From a bacterium (GTDB lineage: Bacteria; SM23-31), in contig OZ252239.1 of assembly GCA_965249485.1 (NCBI GenBank), positions 3,104,001 through 3,168,000 of the forward strand: a stretch of DNA of 64,000 nt, read 5' to 3'. This document shows positions 1-10,362 of the stretch, one piece after another. The translations under genes were made by a program, and so were the position numbers. Within the stretch, counting starts at the first letter, position 1. Each line of letters opens with the position of its first letter. The notes under the pieces are model-generated. The model searched no databases, had not been told where the DNA came from, and saw nothing but the letters and a program-made list of their open reading frames with translations.

Positions 1-1103
1 CTTATTTTCTTTTTCAGATCGAATTGTTCCCGAACTTTTATGATTCCTTCATTCCCCATTGTATCCCGAACAGCATTGTCGGTCAAAAGAGCAATGATTT
101 TCTCACTGAGATCCTCAACATTATCTGGCTCAAACAATAGCCCGTTAATAGTATTGTCGATAATTTCAGGCACACCGCCTGCGTTCGTTCCAACAACCGG
201 TGTTTTCATTGCCATTGCTTCAATGAGAACCATTCCGAATGTCTCTTTTGGAGTGGCTAACACGACAACATCAAACAATCCTAACAGCCTCTGCACATCC
301 GGAACAAAATCAATGAGTCGAAATGTTTCGTTCAAATTCTTTCTGGTAATTAGATTAATCAGTTCCTGTTTATATCCGGTGCCCGTCTTGCTTCTGGATT
401 CTTCGCCAATTATGAGAAAAAAAGTATCCGGATATATTTTAAGAATCATTGGTGCCGCGTTGACTAAAAGCTCTTGACGTTTCAGACGGTCAAGTCTCCC
501 AACAATCCCTACAATATTTGCATTTTTAGGAATCATATAATCTTTCCGGTTAACCGAAGCAACTTGCGGATTAAATTTTTCGAGATTTACCCCATTATAA
601 ATGCAGGTAACCTGGCTATGAGACATACAGGTATGGTCAAGAACGTGCTGCCGGACTGCTTTTGTAACAGTAGTAATCATATCCACTTTGCCAAACACCC
701 ACCGATGAAAAATATCTTTTTTCGGGTAATGGGAATCCATATGTTGTGAAAATACCACTTTACCCCTGCCAGCAAATTTTTTTGCTAATCCTACTGTGCT
801 TAAATCTTTTGAGATATACACATGTATAATATCGATCTGTTTTTCTTTGATTATTCTTGCCAGCCTCCATGCTGTAATAATATCGCAATACTTAATCAAT
901 GGCGACATTGCTATATGTGATGTATTGTGATCAGGACAATACTTACATATAGGTGAATTCGCCGCAGATACAATTGTAACTTCGTGCCCCAATTCGTTCA
1001 ATTCTCGGGCAACAGTGCATGCAACCATTTCGAGTCCACCCCAAGACTTCGAAAACACAATGGTCAAAATTCGCAGTTTACTAAATATCTGCTTTTCGTC
1101 CAT
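1..1103 (-). CDS. Glycosyltransferase family 4 (3' end runs off window)
   Basis: Not in ORF track. Hand translation from ATG at 1103 gives MDEKQIFSKLRILTIVFSKSWGGLEMVA..., later ETFGMVLIEAMAMKTPVVGTNAGGVPEII (GT-B/GT4 motif). No stop before base 1. Confidence 0.9.
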   Translation of the reverse strand, partial: MDEKQIFSKLRILTIVFSKSWGGLEMVACTVARELNELGHEVTIVSAANSPICKYCPDHNTSHIAMSPLIKYCDIITAWRLARIIKEKQIDIIHVYISKDLSTVGLAKKFAGRGKVVFSQHMDSHYPKKDIFHRWVFGKVDMITTVTKAVRQHVLDHTCMSHSQVTCIYNGVNLEKFNPQVASVNRKDYMIPKNANIVGIVGRLDRLKRQELLVNAAPMILKIYPDTFFLIIGEESRSKTGTGYKQELINLITRKNLNETFRLIDFVPDVQRLLGLFDVVVLATPKETFGMVLIEAMAMKTPVVGTNAGGVPEIIDNTINGLLFEPDNVEDLSEKIIALLTDNAVRDTMGNEGIIKVREQFDLKKKI

Positions 1104-2211
1104 CAAGAACCTTATTATAAATCGTTACTGTTTTCTTGGCTATTGATTCGATTGTATAGAACTCCTCCACCTCAGCTCTGGCACTTTGTCCCCATTCGCG
1201 GCATTTTGATTCATCATTCAAGAGTACTGTAATTTGCTCAGCCATTCCAATAATGTCATCTATCTCGAAGACCATCCCAGTTTTTTCATGCTTAATGATC
1301 TCTACCAGAACATTTACATTTGTTGCTATGACAGGCTTCCGAGCTGTCATGTATTCCAGCGCAACCCGGGCAATGGTTTCGGAAAAACGCGAAGTGATTA
1401 CGCCTATAGTAAAATCATCAATTGCTGCACGCGCATTTTCTACATATCCGGTGAAATGTACTTTATCTGCAATGCCGAGACTTTCTGCAAGCTGTCTAAG
1501 CGAATCTGTTTTAACCTGGAATTCCTGACCGACTATGACAAATCTGACATTTTTGACTCTTGTGGCAACTTTTGCAGCAACATGGAGAAAATGTCGGTGT
1601 CCCTTTTCCGGGGAAAGGCGGCCGACAATGCCGACAATCTTTTGATTTTTATCAGTTTTGATTAAATCGGTTGCTCTGTTTTCCTGCTTGCAATTATCAA
1701 ATGCCGCTACGTCAATTCCTGCATAGACCACTGATGTTTTTTGCGGCGGCATTTTCAAGACTTCATAATACCGCTCGAAGTTTGCTTTACAAGGAAAAAT
1801 AAGCCAATCGGCCCATTTCGAATACATATGTTTATTAAACCAGTGATTTTTTGGTTTCCGTGCATCACAACAGGTGCGGACAAGAGGAACATTTAAACCG
1901 AATAGTATACTCCCCAAAAAATGAAACAAATGTCCCGGTGGGCTTACTGCGTTTACTATGTCAATTTTTTCTTTTTTCACTAACCGGACTAAACGGGCTA
2001 TTTCAATTGCGATTTTAATCGGATTCATCGATTGTAGTTTAATGTCGAATATTCGCAGGTCTCTTTCATCAGCTTTTTGGGCCGCCGGTACATTCTTGTC
2101 AGTACCGAACCACACTTCATCCCCTGCAGCCTTTAAACCCTGAGCAAGAGTCACACTATAGTATGCGGTCGCATTCCACCAAGGTGAATAATATAAAAAA
2201 AGTATTTTCAT
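1081..2211 (-). CDS. Glycosyltransferase family 4
   Basis: GRLSPEKG and E-x7-E (ETIARVALE) motifs. Start moved to MKILFLYY (ATG 2211) to avoid overlapping the divergent gene. Confidence 0.9.
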   Translation of the reverse strand: MKILFLYYSPWWNATAYYSVTLAQGLKAAGDEVWFGTDKNVPAAQKADERDLRIFDIKLQSMNPIKIAIEIARLVRLVKKEKIDIVNAVSPPGHLFHFLGSILFGLNVPLVRTCCDARKPKNHWFNKHMYSKWADWLIFPCKANFERYYEVLKMPPQKTSVVYAGIDVAAFDNCKQENRATDLIKTDKNQKIVGIVGRLSPEKGHRHFLHVAAKVATRVKNVRFVIVGQEFQVKTDSLRQLAESLGIADKVHFTGYVENARAAIDDFTIGVITSRFSETIARVALEYMTARKPVIATNVNVLVEIIKHEKTGMVFEIDDIIGMAEQITVLLNDESKCREWGQSARAEVEEFYTIESIAKKTVTIYNKVLDGRKADI

Positions 2212-2258
2212 CGTTTCTATTGAATCAATGCTCTCTGTTCCGTATATTAATGATGCAT

Positions 2259-3143
2259 ATGGACAATTTATGCACAATCAGTGGTTTTACCTTCATACGG
2301 AATGCTGTCAAGTTCGATTATCCAGTTGTTGAAGCCATTACGTCAATCCTACCGATATGTAATGAATTCATCGTCAATGTCGGCAATTCTGATGACGATA
2401 CGCTTTCCCTCATTACTTCAATCGGTTCTGAAAAAATAAAGATTGTTGAATCTGTCTGGGACGAAAAACTCCGTATAGGAGGCCAGGTCCTTGCACAGCA
2501 AACCGATATTGCATTATCCCACTGCACCGGTAATTGGTGCTTTTATATTCAGGCAGATGAGGTTGTTCATGAGCAATATCTTCCCGGTATTCGTGAAGCG
2601 GCTCAGCGTTACCATTCCGATCAGTTAGTCGAAGGCCTACTCTTTAATTATTTACATTTTTACGGCAGCTACGATTATGTCGGTTCTACTCGCCAATGGT
2701 ATAGGAATGAAATCCGCGTCATTCGTAACAACAAGAATATCAATTCACATAAAGACGCACAAGGTTTCCGAATCGACGGCAGGCGATTGAAAGTGAAACC
2801 GCTTGATGCCTATGTATATCATTACGGCTGGGTCAAGTCTCCTCAAAAACAGCAATCGAAACAGCGATGGTTTAACCGGTTATGGCACTCTGACGAGTGG
2901 CTCGATAATAATGTCAAAGACGATAATGAATTCGACTACAGCGCAATCGATTCATTGAAACCGTTTATCGGTGACCACCCATCTGTTATGAAAAACAGGA
3001 TTGCTCAACAGGATTGGGATTTCACATTTAACCAATCGGCAAACCTCAAACACACACTACTTAAACACCGGATACTTAATAAAATCGAATCTGTTAGCAG
3101 CTATCGTTTCGGTGAATACAAAAGCTACAAACTCCTCAAATAG
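2259..3143 (+). CDS. Glycosyltransferase family 2-like
   Basis: ISGFTFIRNA...GNSDDDT...IQADE (GT-A DxD-like) and YHYGWVK motifs. Start set at MDNLCTISG. Confidence 0.85.
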   Translation: MDNLCTISGFTFIRNAVKFDYPVVEAITSILPICNEFIVNVGNSDDDTLSLITSIGSEKIKIVESVWDEKLRIGGQVLAQQTDIALSHCTGNWCFYIQADEVVHEQYLPGIREAAQRYHSDQLVEGLLFNYLHFYGSYDYVGSTRQWYRNEIRVIRNNKNINSHKDAQGFRIDGRRLKVKPLDAYVYHYGWVKSPQKQQSKQRWFNRLWHSDEWLDNNVKDDNEFDYSAIDSLKPFIGDHPSVMKNRIAQQDWDFTFNQSANLKHTLLKHRILNKIESVSSYRFGEYKSYKLLK

Positions 3144-3149
3144 CGCAAA

Positions 3150-4265
3150 TTATACCTTTGTTTCAAGCGATTCTATTGCCTTAATAATGGAACCGCTGAT
3201 ATCTTCCTCGTAACAGATTAACCCGTTGTCACATATTTTTTTCCAGCAGGGTGAACAGTCAACACCCGATTCTAACTTAATACCCCGACCGTATAATTCA
3301 ATTTCCTGTGCACAGGTGACATTGTACCATGCAACCACTTTTTTCCCTAAACCTATTGCCATATGCATTCCTAATGAATCACCGGTACAAACTATGTCAC
3401 AGAGATCGATATACCCCATGCCCGGCCTCAGCCCTTCAGTTGTCGGCGTATTTATGACAACATTCTCGAATTCTCCAGCAAGAGCACTGTTTCTTTCGGT
3501 ATCCTCTATTCCGCCAAGCAGGAGAATAGATTGAGAACGATCTCTTTTGAAGAGCCAACTGATTATTTTTTTCAATTCGTTTTCCGGCATCTTTTTGTTA
3601 GGATATAAGTTTGAGCATCCGGTATTGATACCGACAATCGGTTTATCCTTGTACAGACCGAAATCTTCACGAAGTTGATCGATACGTTTGTTTTCTTCAT
3701 CTGAAAATCTGAATACGTAGGGATCAATTGTTTTATCGAGTTCAAACGTCTCTCTGAGAATATCGGGATACGTTCGTGTATTGTTTTGAAATTTAAGTTT
3801 ATTATCGATTCCCATCCGGTAATTATAGCATGCACCGTCATTGAGGGGAATCATGACACCATCCTCATTCAGACCGTAACCAAGTTTCTCTTTTGCAATA
3901 AGCACATTCGTCAATGCACACATTTCATGAATTTTATCACTATTGCAAACAACATCAAACTGCATCTGCTGCAATGTGAGTAGTGAACCGATATCCCAAG
4001 GGTGTATAAAATCAATATATGGATTGTGTTGTAAAAGCTCTGCGGCTCGCGGTTCGGTCAACCAGTGAATAGTAGACTCTGGAAATTTTCGTTTCAGTGC
4101 AGGCAATATCGTTGTTGTCATCAGCACGGCACCAAGTGCTCCGAGGTTGATGATAAGAATTTTTGTCCCCATAGGTTCAGGATTCACACACGCTTCACCC
4201 TGCTCACCAGGATGGCACGGTTTATATCCTGTAAACTTTTTGCATTCTGGAATTTCTATCGTCAT
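3150..4265 (-). CDS. Glycosyltransferase family 9 (LPS heptosyltransferase-like)
   Basis: KILIINLGALGAVL, DSLGMHMAIGLG and C-terminal CSPC motifs. Confidence 0.9.
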   Translation of the reverse strand: MTIEIPECKKFTGYKPCHPGEQGEACVNPEPMGTKILIINLGALGAVLMTTTILPALKRKFPESTIHWLTEPRAAELLQHNPYIDFIHPWDIGSLLTLQQMQFDVVCNSDKIHEMCALTNVLIAKEKLGYGLNEDGVMIPLNDGACYNYRMGIDNKLKFQNNTRTYPDILRETFELDKTIDPYVFRFSDEENKRIDQLREDFGLYKDKPIVGINTGCSNLYPNKKMPENELKKIISWLFKRDRSQSILLLGGIEDTERNSALAGEFENVVINTPTTEGLRPGMGYIDLCDIVCTGDSLGMHMAIGLGKKVVAWYNVTCAQEIELYGRGIKLESGVDCSPCWKKICDNGLICYEEDISGSIIKAIESLETKV

Positions 4266-4297
4266 TTGTATTTATCTCTTATCTCATCATATTCGTT

Positions 4298-5359
4298 TTA
4301 AACAATCTCAGCGGGAAAATATGAATTAAGTACAGGTATAGATTTCATTTGGTCTGCTACATTCGATGCACTAACAGTTTCCATACACTGCATAAACTTC
4401 GGATCATTTTTGGGAAAGATACATTCACTGTGGTTACACTCGATACAGGGAACATCCCCCTGAACATATCTATGATTTTTGGGATCCGGGTAGGTCCAGG
4501 TTACCGGAGTAGTTGGTCCGTGAATAGTGACCGTCGGTATACCCACTGCCGCCGCAATATGTCCGGGTCCGCTGCTGTTTGAAACCACACAATGCGATTT
4601 TTCAATGATTGCAGACATTTCACGAAGATTTGTCATCGGTATCATATATGGCCTTGTTATCATCGATTCGGCAATAAACTGTATGAGTTGTCCCTCCCCC
4701 GGCCCCCAGAGAAGAATGATATTCGCTTCACAGATTTCCATGAGTAGGTCTCCAAGCTCAGCCCAACGATTCGGCAGCCAAGCGCGTGATTCACGTTTCG
4801 ATGCCGGAGCGAAACAAACAGTCAGCCGGGAAATATCGATTTGTTCCGAATTGAAATACTCATCTGCATATGTCAATTCCGCTTTACTAAGGCAGAGCGT
4901 CAGTTCATGTGTCTCATCATCGATGCCTATTGATTTGAGGAGTGCAAGTTTTTTTAGTGCGCTATAACGCTCAGGTTGCTGTGTGCTCACTCTATGTGTA
5001 TAGGCATATTTTCTTATCCGGACATCATAGCCAACCTTAACCGGGGCTTTTGAAAACAGTGTTGCCCAGGCAGTTCCGGGAGTTCCGAAAGCATCAATGA
5101 CAAGGTCCCAATTTTTCTTTCCTGTTTCACGAAAAAATTTCAAAGACCCCTGAATATCATCCTTTTTATGCCGATAGTAGATTATTTCATCAAGGTTCGA
5201 ATTATTTTCTAGTATCTGGCCTGCAAGTGGTTCAACCATGAATGCAATGTGCGCCTGCCGATAGTGTTTTCTAAGCAGTGAAATCATGGGGGTGCAAAGG
5301 AGCACATCTCCAATCGGCCTGAATTGTATAATTAATATTTTCTTAATGTCTTTCAGCAT
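4298..5359 (-). CDS. Glycosyltransferase family 9 (WaaF/WaaQ-like)
   Basis: KILIIQFRPIGDVLL, SSGPGHIAAAVGIPTV and CIEC motifs. Confidence 0.9.
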   Translation of the reverse strand: MLKDIKKILIIQFRPIGDVLLCTPMISLLRKHYRQAHIAFMVEPLAGQILENNSNLDEIIYYRHKKDDIQGSLKFFRETGKKNWDLVIDAFGTPGTAWATLFSKAPVKVGYDVRIRKYAYTHRVSTQQPERYSALKKLALLKSIGIDDETHELTLCLSKAELTYADEYFNSEQIDISRLTVCFAPASKRESRAWLPNRWAELGDLLMEICEANIILLWGPGEGQLIQFIAESMITRPYMIPMTNLREMSAIIEKSHCVVSNSSGPGHIAAAVGIPTVTIHGPTTPVTWTYPDPKNHRYVQGDVPCIECNHSECIFPKNDPKFMQCMETVSASNVADQMKSIPVLNSYFPAEIV

Positions 5360-5409
5360 TACGCTATTGGGGCATTGTTCCGAATTACTTAATACATTCT
5401 TCGTAAGTC

Positions 5410-6210
5410 TTATTTCTGGAGTACTACTCCATATGATGTATTGGGATTGTGAGTTCTGAAAAAATTATTTACGTTTTCAATATATTGATTCCAATCGGAA
5501 ATAGCATAATCCGGTTCATTGCCAATTATATGCAAATTGCATTGCTTTAAGACTTTATTTTCAAAATCTTCTTGGGTAAAACCTATTATTGCGTCATTGG
5601 GAAACGGATGATAATCGAATGTAAGCAGCAAAAGCCCTCCCGGTTTAAGTACCCGTTCCATTTCTTTCATAGAATCCGCTATTACCTGGTCCTCCATGTG
5701 TTCGATAACTGAAATACTGAATATCCTCTCGAAAAAGTTATCAGGATAAGAAAGTGCTTCTGCACTTTCCTGGGTAAACTTCACCTTTACGTTATATTTT
5801 CTATTTAATTTTCTGTGAACTTTATTCGGATTTATGGTGAAAGAGATACCAATCCTATTCAAACGTGATATTAAATTCTTTACTATTCCTGAACGGAGGT
5901 TGCTAATGTCTATTGCATGGACATCTAATCCTTTGCCGGCAAGATAAAATTGCAGCACTCCCCTTCCCGATCCGCAGTCGAGTATTTTCATATCCCTTTT
6001 CAGATCAGCATTGGATATTGCCCAAGGATTATCCCAGTGTTTATAAGACTCAAAAACTGCCGGTTCAAGCAGAGAACTACCACGGCATCGTTCGGCTGAA
6101 TTTCTTTTTTTGGTGGAGACCTTCAAAAAGCTATGAATGTCGTCAAGAATAATTTTAAACTGCGTCAAATTAAAATCATCAAGTTCAATGTACTTATTAA
6201 CAATCGTCAT
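5410..6210 (-). CDS. Class I SAM-dependent methyltransferase
   Basis: ILDCGSGRG motif I, SISVIEH, RVLKPGG. Confidence 0.88.
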   Translation of the reverse strand: MTIVNKYIELDDFNLTQFKIILDDIHSFLKVSTKKRNSAERCRGSSLLEPAVFESYKHWDNPWAISNADLKRDMKILDCGSGRGVLQFYLAGKGLDVHAIDISNLRSGIVKNLISRLNRIGISFTINPNKVHRKLNRKYNVKVKFTQESAEALSYPDNFFERIFSISVIEHMEDQVIADSMKEMERVLKPGGLLLLTFDYHPFPNDAIIGFTQEDFENKVLKQCNLHIIGNEPDYAISDWNQYIENVNNFFRTHNPNTSYGVVLQK

Positions 6211-6294
6211 ATTTGTTTCGCCAAACGTGTTTTAGAGTAAAAATCCCTATGCTATAATTGGAAAATTATTGCGTGAATTATTACGGTCACACAC

Positions 6295-7398
6295 TTATTT
6301 TGTGTCAACTAATATAAAATCGTCGCACGCATTAACAACTTTCTGAATATTATCATGCTCATCAGAAAGGTCTACTACTTTATGATATAATCCATCATCG
6401 TAACCATACACAGAATAATTATCAATCAGGTATATTCCAACCGTGTGTATTTTCAATGCAGCCGATAAATGTAAAGGTCCGGTATCTCCAGAGACAAAAA
6501 GTGTGCAGCATTGTATTAATCCGGCTAACAATCTGAAATCATCAATGTATAGAACAGTTTCAGATTCGTTGGCCACTAAGTATTCATAGAGTTCTTTCTC
6601 CGCCGGACCGCACAGAAACACTATTTTATATGAATTGTGCTCCCGAAGCAATTCGGCGAGTGACACAAAATTTTCTATATTCCATTGCTTGGCAACTCCA
6701 GCTCCCACCCAAAATAATACCAGTTTATCACTCTCATTCACACCCTTTTCAATAAGATTTTCTTTCGCTTGAGCAGCCTCAGAATGAGTAAGACATATTT
6801 TTGGGGCATACGTATTTCTGATGGGTGTTAAGAGCGTCAGTAAATCGTGTATTATGTCAATATAATGCTTATCATTTTCGGGAATTACTGTGCAATTCAA
6901 AAAAAAACTGCTCTCTCCTCTCAGAAATCCTACCCGATATGTTCCACCTGTTAAACGTGTCATTAAACCATTGGATAATGAAAATCCCGATGGAGTACTG
7001 CAATCTATGACAACATCATATTTAGATTTTCGAATAGACAAAAGTAACGCTATTAACCTAAAAGGATTGAAAAAATATGCTTTTTGGTAAAATGGTATTA
7101 ATCTATTGATATATGCATTTTGATCCCAAATTGAAGCCATTGCCTCATGTATACACACATCGATTTCCGCATTCGGGTAAATTTCCTTGAGTGCTTCTGG
7201 CAAAAAGGTCGTCATAACATGATTCCCCATTTTGCACTCTAATCTCAACAATAATATTTTTTTAATATTATTGTTTTTGTCGTGAAGATGGGAAAATTGT
7301 TCACCATGCCACAATATAGAACGTAATGCAATAAGCAGTAATTCTTTACCACGCCGCTCAATGTGCTTCAATATCGCCACTCGTTGATTCCTCATCAA
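6295..7398 (-). CDS. Glycosyltransferase family 9
   Basis: KILLLRLECKMGN and DTGPLHLSAAL motifs. Overlaps the stop of the ABC transporter gene. Confidence 0.88.
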   Translation of the reverse strand: MMRNQRVAILKHIERRGKELLLIALRSILWHGEQFSHLHDKNNNIKKILLLRLECKMGNHVMTTFLPEALKEIYPNAEIDVCIHEAMASIWDQNAYINRLIPFYQKAYFFNPFRLIALLLSIRKSKYDVVIDCSTPSGFSLSNGLMTRLTGGTYRVGFLRGESSFFLNCTVIPENDKHYIDIIHDLLTLLTPIRNTYAPKICLTHSEAAQAKENLIEKGVNESDKLVLFWVGAGVAKQWNIENFVSLAELLREHNSYKIVFLCGPAEKELYEYLVANESETVLYIDDFRLLAGLIQCCTLFVSGDTGPLHLSAALKIHTVGIYLIDNYSVYGYDDGLYHKVVDLSDEHDNIQKVVNACDDFILVDTK

Positions 7399-9275
7399 AA
7401 CTGTAAATTATACATTGTTTTGTAGAGACCTTCCTGATTAATTAACTCATCATGCTTGCCAATACACTGAATTGACCCTTTATCCATAACGACAATTTTA
7501 TCTGCATTTTTTATCGTTGATAACCGGTGTGCAATAACAATAGTGGTCCGGTCTTTCATCAGATAAGCAGTGGCTTCCTGAACAAACTTTTCCGATTCTG
7601 AATCAATTGCAGATGTCGCTTCGTCCAGCAAGAGAATAGGCGGATTTTTCAGTACAGCCCGTGCAATAGCAATGCGCTGCCGCTGTCCACCTGAGATTTG
7701 CACTCCTCGTTCCCCAATTTCAGTTTCATAACCTTCAGGAAGCTCTTGTATGAAGGAGTGCACATTTGCAATCTGTGCTGCTTCTATCATATCATCTTCT
7801 GATGCACTAAGATTGCCATACTGAATATTATCGCGCACCGTTCCCGAAAACAGAATAGTCTCCTGAGGCACAAGACTCATTTGCTCCCGCAGGTCTTTTC
7901 TGCTGATTGTTGAGATGTCAATCCCGTCAATGAGTATAGACCCGGACTGTAAGTCGTAAAACTTGAGAAGAAGATTAAGAATCGTACTTTTACCAACACC
8001 ACTTGGCCCAACCAGTGCGACCGTTTCACCAGACTCAACAATTAGTGAAACATCATTCAGCACTGTATCAACTCCATTGTAAGAAAACAATACATTTTTG
8101 AATTCAACTTTCCCCTTCAAAGGTTTCGGAAGGGTTGCCGTCGTCTCAGACGACTCCTCAGGAATTTCTTCAATAAGCTCTAAAATACGCTCAGCTGCGG
8201 CAAGTGCCCGTTGAATAACCGGCTGTGTTTCTCCAAGCGACTTAATCGGTTTATAAGCCATGGAAATTAGAACGGCAAAGGTTGTAAAAACCGAAATGTC
8301 CATTTGCTGGTTGAGAATGCGAAATCCGCAAAAAAGGATAACGATCGTCATCCCGACAGTGCTGAGAAATTCGTTCGATGGTTTTAAAAAAGCAGAAAGT
8401 CTGTGTGCTTTCATCGAATGAGCATAATTTTGATATGTTTGTTGTGAAAATTTTGTTTCTTCGTAATCTTCTCTGTTGTATGTTTTGATAATTTTGATCG
8501 CAGTAATCGTCTCCTGTAAAAACGCACTGATATCTGCAAGCTTCATCATGATTTTTCTGCTTGCTTGCCGAATCGAGTCGCTGAAAAATTTCAGGACTCC
8601 TGCAGCAATGGGAACAACAGCAAGTGCAAATAACGTTAATTGCCAGTCTGTTATCAAGAGTGCTGAAACAAATATAATAGTATAAATAATACCTTGTGCC
8701 AGATTCACAAACGCCAAAAGAGAATGTTCCATAACCTGTACATCGTTTGTAACACGGGACATGATTTCGCCTGTTTTCCCGCGATCAAAATAAAGCATTT
8801 CAAGATGAAGCATGCGACTGTAGAGCTGATCCCGAAAGTTTTTTATGGTCTTCTGAACAACAGACGCCATAAGATATTCTTTGGCATAGATAAATATACC
8901 CTTGAACATTATCAGCACAACAATGAAAATACCGATATTAATGAGAATTGACTTGGCTTGATCAATATTTTCAACAGTAAATGATTCCAACAAGGTATAG
9001 TTAAATCCGAATCGTTCAATTTTAGCACCTTCGAAGACCATCTCTAAATTCCCCGTATTCGCGAGACTCGTGTTTACCTGACTTAATCCATCAATCAGCC
9101 ATCCTACAATTGGGGCAAGCAATGCATCTGAAAAACCCATGAATACTGTAGAAATTAAACCGCCGAGAATTCTCACTTTAAACGGCTTTAAATAGAGCAG
9201 AATTCTGATGAATACTCTTTTTTTTGATCGTTCGGACATGATGTTTATTTGCGCAGATTCCTTACGTTCGGACAC
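7395..9275 (-). CDS. msbA: ABC exporter, fused TMD+NBD (MsbA-like lipid A-core flippase)
   Basis: N-terminal TM helices, GPSGVGKST, ISGGQRQR, LLDEAT, IAHRL. Heads an LPS glycosyltransferase cluster. Start is GTG 9275 or ATG 9239. Confidence 0.8.
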   Translation of the reverse strand: MSERKESAQINIMSERSKKRVFIRILLYLKPFKVRILGGLISTVFMGFSDALLAPIVGWLIDGLSQVNTSLANTGNLEMVFEGAKIERFGFNYTLLESFTVENIDQAKSILINIGIFIVVLIMFKGIFIYAKEYLMASVVQKTIKNFRDQLYSRMLHLEMLYFDRGKTGEIMSRVTNDVQVMEHSLLAFVNLAQGIIYTIIFVSALLITDWQLTLFALAVVPIAAGVLKFFSDSIRQASRKIMMKLADISAFLQETITAIKIIKTYNREDYEETKFSQQTYQNYAHSMKAHRLSAFLKPSNEFLSTVGMTIVILFCGFRILNQQMDISVFTTFAVLISMAYKPIKSLGETQPVIQRALAAAERILELIEEIPEESSETTATLPKPLKGKVEFKNVLFSYNGVDTVLNDVSLIVESGETVALVGPSGVGKSTILNLLLKFYDLQSGSILIDGIDISTISRKDLREQMSLVPQETILFSGTVRDNIQYGNLSASEDDMIEAAQIANVHSFIQELPEGYETEIGERGVQISGGQRQRIAIARAVLKNPPILLLDEATSAIDSESEKFVQEATAYLMKDRTTIVIAHRLSTIKNADKIVVMDKGSIQCIGKHDELINQEGLYKTMYNLQF

Positions 9276-9306
9276 TCACAGTAATAGAGCATAAATGAAA
9301 ACGTAA

Positions 9307-9335
9307 AATTTAGTAAAAACAAGGAACTATTGCAA
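9307..9335 (-). promoter_or_regulatory. Sigma70-type promoter for msbA/LPS cluster
   Basis: Minus strand TTGCAA-17 nt-TAAATT. Confidence 0.55.
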
Positions 9336-9490
9336 CTTGTTTCATTTACTGATCATATTCGATTAAGCTCAATAAGTGAACTGGAAGCATCAATCAGAGA
9401 TTTCAAAATAATTCAAATGTTAATCACTGGGGTTTTATCGGCAAGCAATACTCAGTGCACTGGGCTGGGGTATAGGACCTCATTATAGTG

Positions 9491-10231
9491 TCACTTAAAA
9501 ATATCAGATGTATTCTGAGCATCAAGTCGTATGGCTGTATTCTCCTGGACAGTTACATTGACCATCCACGAGTACTTTTTTATTAGATTACCCGAAAGTG
9601 CATAGATATGATACATTTCCGCCGGAATTCTCGTAACATCCTGATCGCCCGAAAGAATTAATAATGAATAGAGATAATAATCGCCATTTTCCAGTTTCGG
9701 AAATCTGAATTTCCCCTGACCATTAACCTGTGCTTTGAGCAGTAGTTTATTATCAATTAGCTGAGCAATAACACCGTTATAACCGTTTTGTCCATCAAGC
9801 AGTTCACTGCGGAAATTATTAAATATATTTTCTATTGAATCTCTCTCAGCAAAAACGGAATCAAGGTGAATTTTATTCTGTCTGTAAATCCGTGATGCAG
9901 GATCCGCATTGCCAAGTGTGACACGGAATATTATTTCTTCTTCCCGTGCAAGATCAATATACTCTTCTTTGAGAATTCTGTAATATGAAACAGAATCTTC
10001 AAGCGGAGCAACCTTCTTATCATAATATACAGAAAGAGAATCAAGGAATGGCTTAATTTCCGGCAATATCAGATAAATATTCATATCATGTACAGATTTG
10101 ATTACATTTTCACTCGCACCTTCAATTACCACCTCACCATCCAATGATCCCCATTTTGTACCATAATCGTAAATCGCAAATCCTAAAAATGCGATCATAA
10201 CAATGAGAATTATAGTTAACGTGACTTTCAT
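9491..10231 (-). CDS. Hypothetical membrane-anchored exported protein
   Basis: N-terminal hydrophobic helix, helical middle, and VNGQGKFRFPKLENGDYYL resembling prealbumin/carboxypeptidase-regulatory-like beta folds. Confidence 0.7.
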   Translation of the reverse strand: MKVTLTIILIVMIAFLGFAIYDYGTKWGSLDGEVVIEGASENVIKSVHDMNIYLILPEIKPFLDSLSVYYDKKVAPLEDSVSYYRILKEEYIDLAREEEIIFRVTLGNADPASRIYRQNKIHLDSVFAERDSIENIFNNFRSELLDGQNGYNGVIAQLIDNKLLLKAQVNGQGKFRFPKLENGDYYLYSLLILSGDQDVTRIPAEMYHIYALSGNLIKKYSWMVNVTVQENTAIRLDAQNTSDIFK

Positions 10232-10362
10232 AGTATCAAGAGCGTGTTTGAAAAATGAATAGTTATGATAACCATACGTTGAGATGCTGCAATAATTTCA
10301 GTATAACAATTAAAACAGTTGTTTTTATGGCACTACTACATCAAGAACAATGTTCATTATGA

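Noticed and set aside
2163..2277. Apparent head-to-head overlap of GT2 and GT4 ORFs
   Set aside because: Artefact of longest-ORF starts; family-consistent starts (2211 and 2259) do not overlap.
9229..9275. 10-nt direct repeat giving two MSER starts in msbA
   Set aside because: Too short and only two copies; it only makes the start codon ambiguous.
10239..10255. AGAGCGTGTTTGAAAA resembling an IS5-family terminal repeat
   Set aside because: No partner inverted repeat, target duplication or transposase seen.
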